Source: Acidobacteriota bacterium (lineage in GTDB: Bacteria; Acidobacteriota; Vicinamibacteria; Vicinamibacterales; UBA2999). Taken from it: a stretch of DNA of 64,000 nucleotides. This document shows, piece by piece, positions 62,132-64,000 of the stretch (position 1 is the stretch's first letter; every line of letters begins with the position of its first letter). The notes under the pieces are model-generated. The model was not told the origin of the DNA, ran no database searches, and saw only the letters and a program-made list of their open reading frames with translations. The position numbers and the translations under genes are program-made. Location of the stretch: positions 66,674 to 130,673 of the forward strand of contig CANKJK010000005.1 in the NCBI GenBank assembly GCA_947482665.1. Direction: 5' to 3'.

Positions 62132-63838
62132 TCAGACCCGCACCGGATGCGCCAGGCAGTAGAGGCTCTCGTCACGCGCCGCGAGGATGCCCGGCACGTC
62201 GGCAGCCGCCCTCGTGACTTCGTCGGGGTCAAACGTGATCGGTGTAAAGCCAGCCGCCGTCAGCCTGACCGCCAGCTCGCCACGGCTCCACGCATTCTGA
62301 TGGTTGAAGTGGTACGAGGGTTCGTGCGCCACGACATAGGCACGCATCGCCAAGGCAAGTGCGTGCGGGGATGCGCTAGTGACGAGGCGGCGCAACTCGT
62401 CCGGCGGGATCGGTGCGGGGCCGTGGTAGGCGCCCTCCTTCACGGTGCGGTCGCCGAAGTGGTTCCCATAGGCGTCGTTCCAGAAACCGCAAAACACCAT
62501 CGAGGCGCGCGAGTCGAGTGTGTCCGGCACACCCCGGGCCGGCCACAGCGCCTTGAGCTTCCGGAGCCCCCACCGGTCCTCGTCGAAGAACTCGGGGCGG
62601 CCGGCGCGCCAGTCCTCCAGCGCGCGGTCGAAGTCCGGCAGCTTGATGACCAGACGGCCGTCCGGACGAATCACGCGTCGCGCCTCGGCGAGGACCTGGT
62701 CCACAGTGGCGTCGTCGAGGTGCTCCAGGCAGTGTGACGAGTAGACGGTGGACAGGGTGCGATCGCGCACCGGAAACACGCACTGCGGGTGAAACGAGAA
62801 GGGCGTGGGGTTGGCCGGACCACGGGCGCCATCCAGATTGACCCACCGGAACTCGGCGAACTCGGCGCCGCCCCCGATGTTGAGCGCCACGGGGGGCACC
62901 ATGCGATTGATGAGCCGCACCCACCGCTGGTGCCGCCGTCGCCGTGCGAGTTCGGCCCGGGCGCGCGCTTCCTTCGCGGCGCCCGCCGCCGCCTTCTGAG
63001 CCGCCCGTTCAGCCTTCTCGCGCGCCCGGTCCGGCTTTCCTGGTCCCGCCTGGGCCGGGTCCTCTGTCTCCGTAGCCCGGGCGGATGGCGCCGGCTCGGA
63101 GCCACCGCGAGACCAGGGATATTCAGGGTAGGTGGCGTTCAGGCCGGCGAAGACAGGTTCGGTAGAACGCCGCCACGACGGTGCCAGCGTGATCTCGATG
63201 GCCAGCCGCGTCCCGGTGGTCGGCGGGACGCCCCGATGGATGACCGTCGAATTCCTGAACAGCACCCACGTGCCGGCGGGCCCCTCTATGCAGGAGGTCG
63301 CCCCACCCTGCAGCTGGAACTCGGTCGTTCCGCATGCGGGCCCCGCGGGCGACAGGTACACCATGATCTTGAGCAGTTCGGGCGGAAACCCGTCGCCGTG
63401 CCAGGCGTTGGGGCCCATGATCGCCGCCGAGGGGAGCGTCTCCAGAATGCGCGTGTTCACCACCCGCCACTCGGTGCCGAGAGCACGGTGCACCTCGGGC
63501 CCGAGCGCGGCGATCAGTGACGAGAGGGCGACGCGATCCACGGGCTCCGGCATGAAGTACCGGTGTCCCGCGTTCAGCGTCTTCGCGACCTTATAGACCT
63601 TCTCGCTGCTCCGATATCCCGGGAGGCTGTCCCCGGCCCGCATCTCGATGACCCGGGCTCGGCGGACCATGGCCAGGGCGCGCTCCACGAGAACAGGCGG
63701 CAGGTGACCGACGAGATAGCCCCTGGCCGCGAACTCCGGAGACGGACGGCGCAGGCCGAACGCGTGCACGAACCGGCCATGCCACCGCCACGAGGCGTGA
63801 ATGGACCGGTCGTACCACGTGACCCCTGCCGCCGTCAT
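62132..63838 (-). CDS. Two-domain protein: 2OG/Fe(II)-oxygenase-like (PhyH-like) N-terminus fused to a class I SAM methyltransferase
   Basis: 568 aa. The N-terminal part has WHGDG (HxD), VIHRG (distal His) and TRLAIEIT. A charged linker follows (KPDRAREKAERAAQKAAAGAAKEARARAELARRRRH). The C-terminal part has LNIGGG, VYSSHCLEHLDD and RVIRPDGRLVIKLPD. Confidence 0.65.
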   Translation of the reverse strand: MTAAGVTWYDRSIHASWRWHGRFVHAFGLRRPSPEFAARGYLVGHLPPVLVERALAMVRRARVIEMRAGDSLPGYRSSEKVYKVAKTLNAGHRYFMPEPVDRVALSSLIAALGPEVHRALGTEWRVVNTRILETLPSAAIMGPNAWHGDGFPPELLKIMVYLSPAGPACGTTEFQLQGGATSCIEGPAGTWVLFRNSTVIHRGVPPTTGTRLAIEITLAPSWRRSTEPVFAGLNATYPEYPWSRGGSEPAPSARATETEDPAQAGPGKPDRAREKAERAAQKAAAGAAKEARARAELARRRRHQRWVRLINRMVPPVALNIGGGAEFAEFRWVNLDGARGPANPTPFSFHPQCVFPVRDRTLSTVYSSHCLEHLDDATVDQVLAEARRVIRPDGRLVIKLPDFDRALEDWRAGRPEFFDEDRWGLRKLKALWPARGVPDTLDSRASMVFCGFWNDAYGNHFGDRTVKEGAYHGPAPIPPDELRRLVTSASPHALALAMRAYVVAHEPSYHFNHQNAWSRGELAVRLTAAGFTPITFDPDEVTRAAADVPGILAARDESLYCLAHPVRV

Positions 63839-63874
63839 GACTTCACGAAACGCGGACTCCCGGCACCCGCCTGA

Positions 63875-64000
63875 TCACGTCCGGAGTACGTAGTCGGTCG
63901 GGACATCCCGCAGCTGGGGCAGATAGGTACGGCCCCACTCGACCATCTCCTTCAGTCCCTCTTCCAGGCTGATCTGGGGCTCCCAGCCGACATCCCGCTT
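63875..64000 (-). CDS. C-terminal 41 codons of an NDP-sugar epimerase/dehydratase-like protein (gene enters from the right edge)
   Basis: Not in the ORF track. My translation of the minus strand is KRDVGWEPQISLEEGLKEMVEWGRTYLPQLRDVPTDYVLRT followed by TGA at 63877..63875. The LGWEPxxSLEEGL block is a common C-terminal block of extended SDRs. Confidence 0.55.
   Translation of the reverse strand, partial: KRDVGWEPQISLEEGLKEMVEWGRTYLPQLRDVPTDYVLRT

Noticed and set aside
1-64000. Search by eye for mobile elements, CRISPR arrays, tRNA/rRNA genes, toxin-antitoxin or defence-type genes.
   Set aside because: I saw no direct-repeat/spacer periodicity, no transposase, integrase or recombinase motifs, no cloverleaf-like GC-poor segments and no nuclease or ATPase defence signatures. 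The whole window is occupied by glycan-related genes.

Overview
This is a visibly GC-rich 64-kb window (GC not computed). Every gene I can support lies on the minus strand: 54 CDS, two of them cut by the window edges. Most neighbours are joined by 4-nt (ATGA/GTGA/TTGA) or 1-nt (TGATG/TAGTG) stop-start overlaps. I found no rRNA, tRNA, CRISPR array, transposase or integrase.

The window reads as one very large surface-glycan biosynthesis and export locus. Recognisable parts:
- Two ulosonic-acid modules. One is a canonical NeuC/NeuB/NeuA set at 20554..24395. The other, at 1..3979, has a NANS-like NeuB, an SDR, an aldehyde dehydrogenase and a second cytidylyltransferase.
- Amino-sugar tailoring genes: 2 DegT aminotransferases, 2 Gfo/Idh/MocA oxidoreductases, 2 LbH acetyltransferases, 4 extended-SDR epimerase/dehydratases, a UDP-sugar 6-dehydrogenase, a C-methyltransferase, further methyltransferases and a NUDIX hydrolase.
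- Two polyprenyl-phosphate-type GT2 enzymes, one further GT2 and one GT4-like enzyme.
- A Wzm/Wzt ABC exporter whose ATPase carries a C-terminal glycan-binding-type domain.

The unusual part is that about 26 kb (roughly 40 % of the window) is occupied by 16 genes carrying 18 copies of three recurrent families that I cannot assign to a named family by eye:
- FamA: 7 copies, about 500 aa, GT-B/TagF-like layout with an invariant RPHP.
- FamB: 6 copies, about 320-aa core starting with a PIIVGPW..E.G.E..YW.PF..W motif, behind variable basic helical heads.
- FamC: 5 copies, about 400 to 480 aa.

Two genes are natural FamA-FamB fusions. One FamA is fused through a Pro/Lys-rich linker to a methyltransferase-like domain. 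One FamB is translationally coupled to the ABC exporter.

Two other features stand out. A cassette of a polytopic membrane protein plus a signal-anchored ankyrin-like protein is triplicated. A 916-aa GT-C-like membrane protein carries four tandem soluble repeats.

The only sizeable intergenic gap (40852..41277) holds an AT-rich island with a near-consensus sigma70-type promoter on the coding strand. All functional calls come from motif recognition by eye, and no database search was possible.
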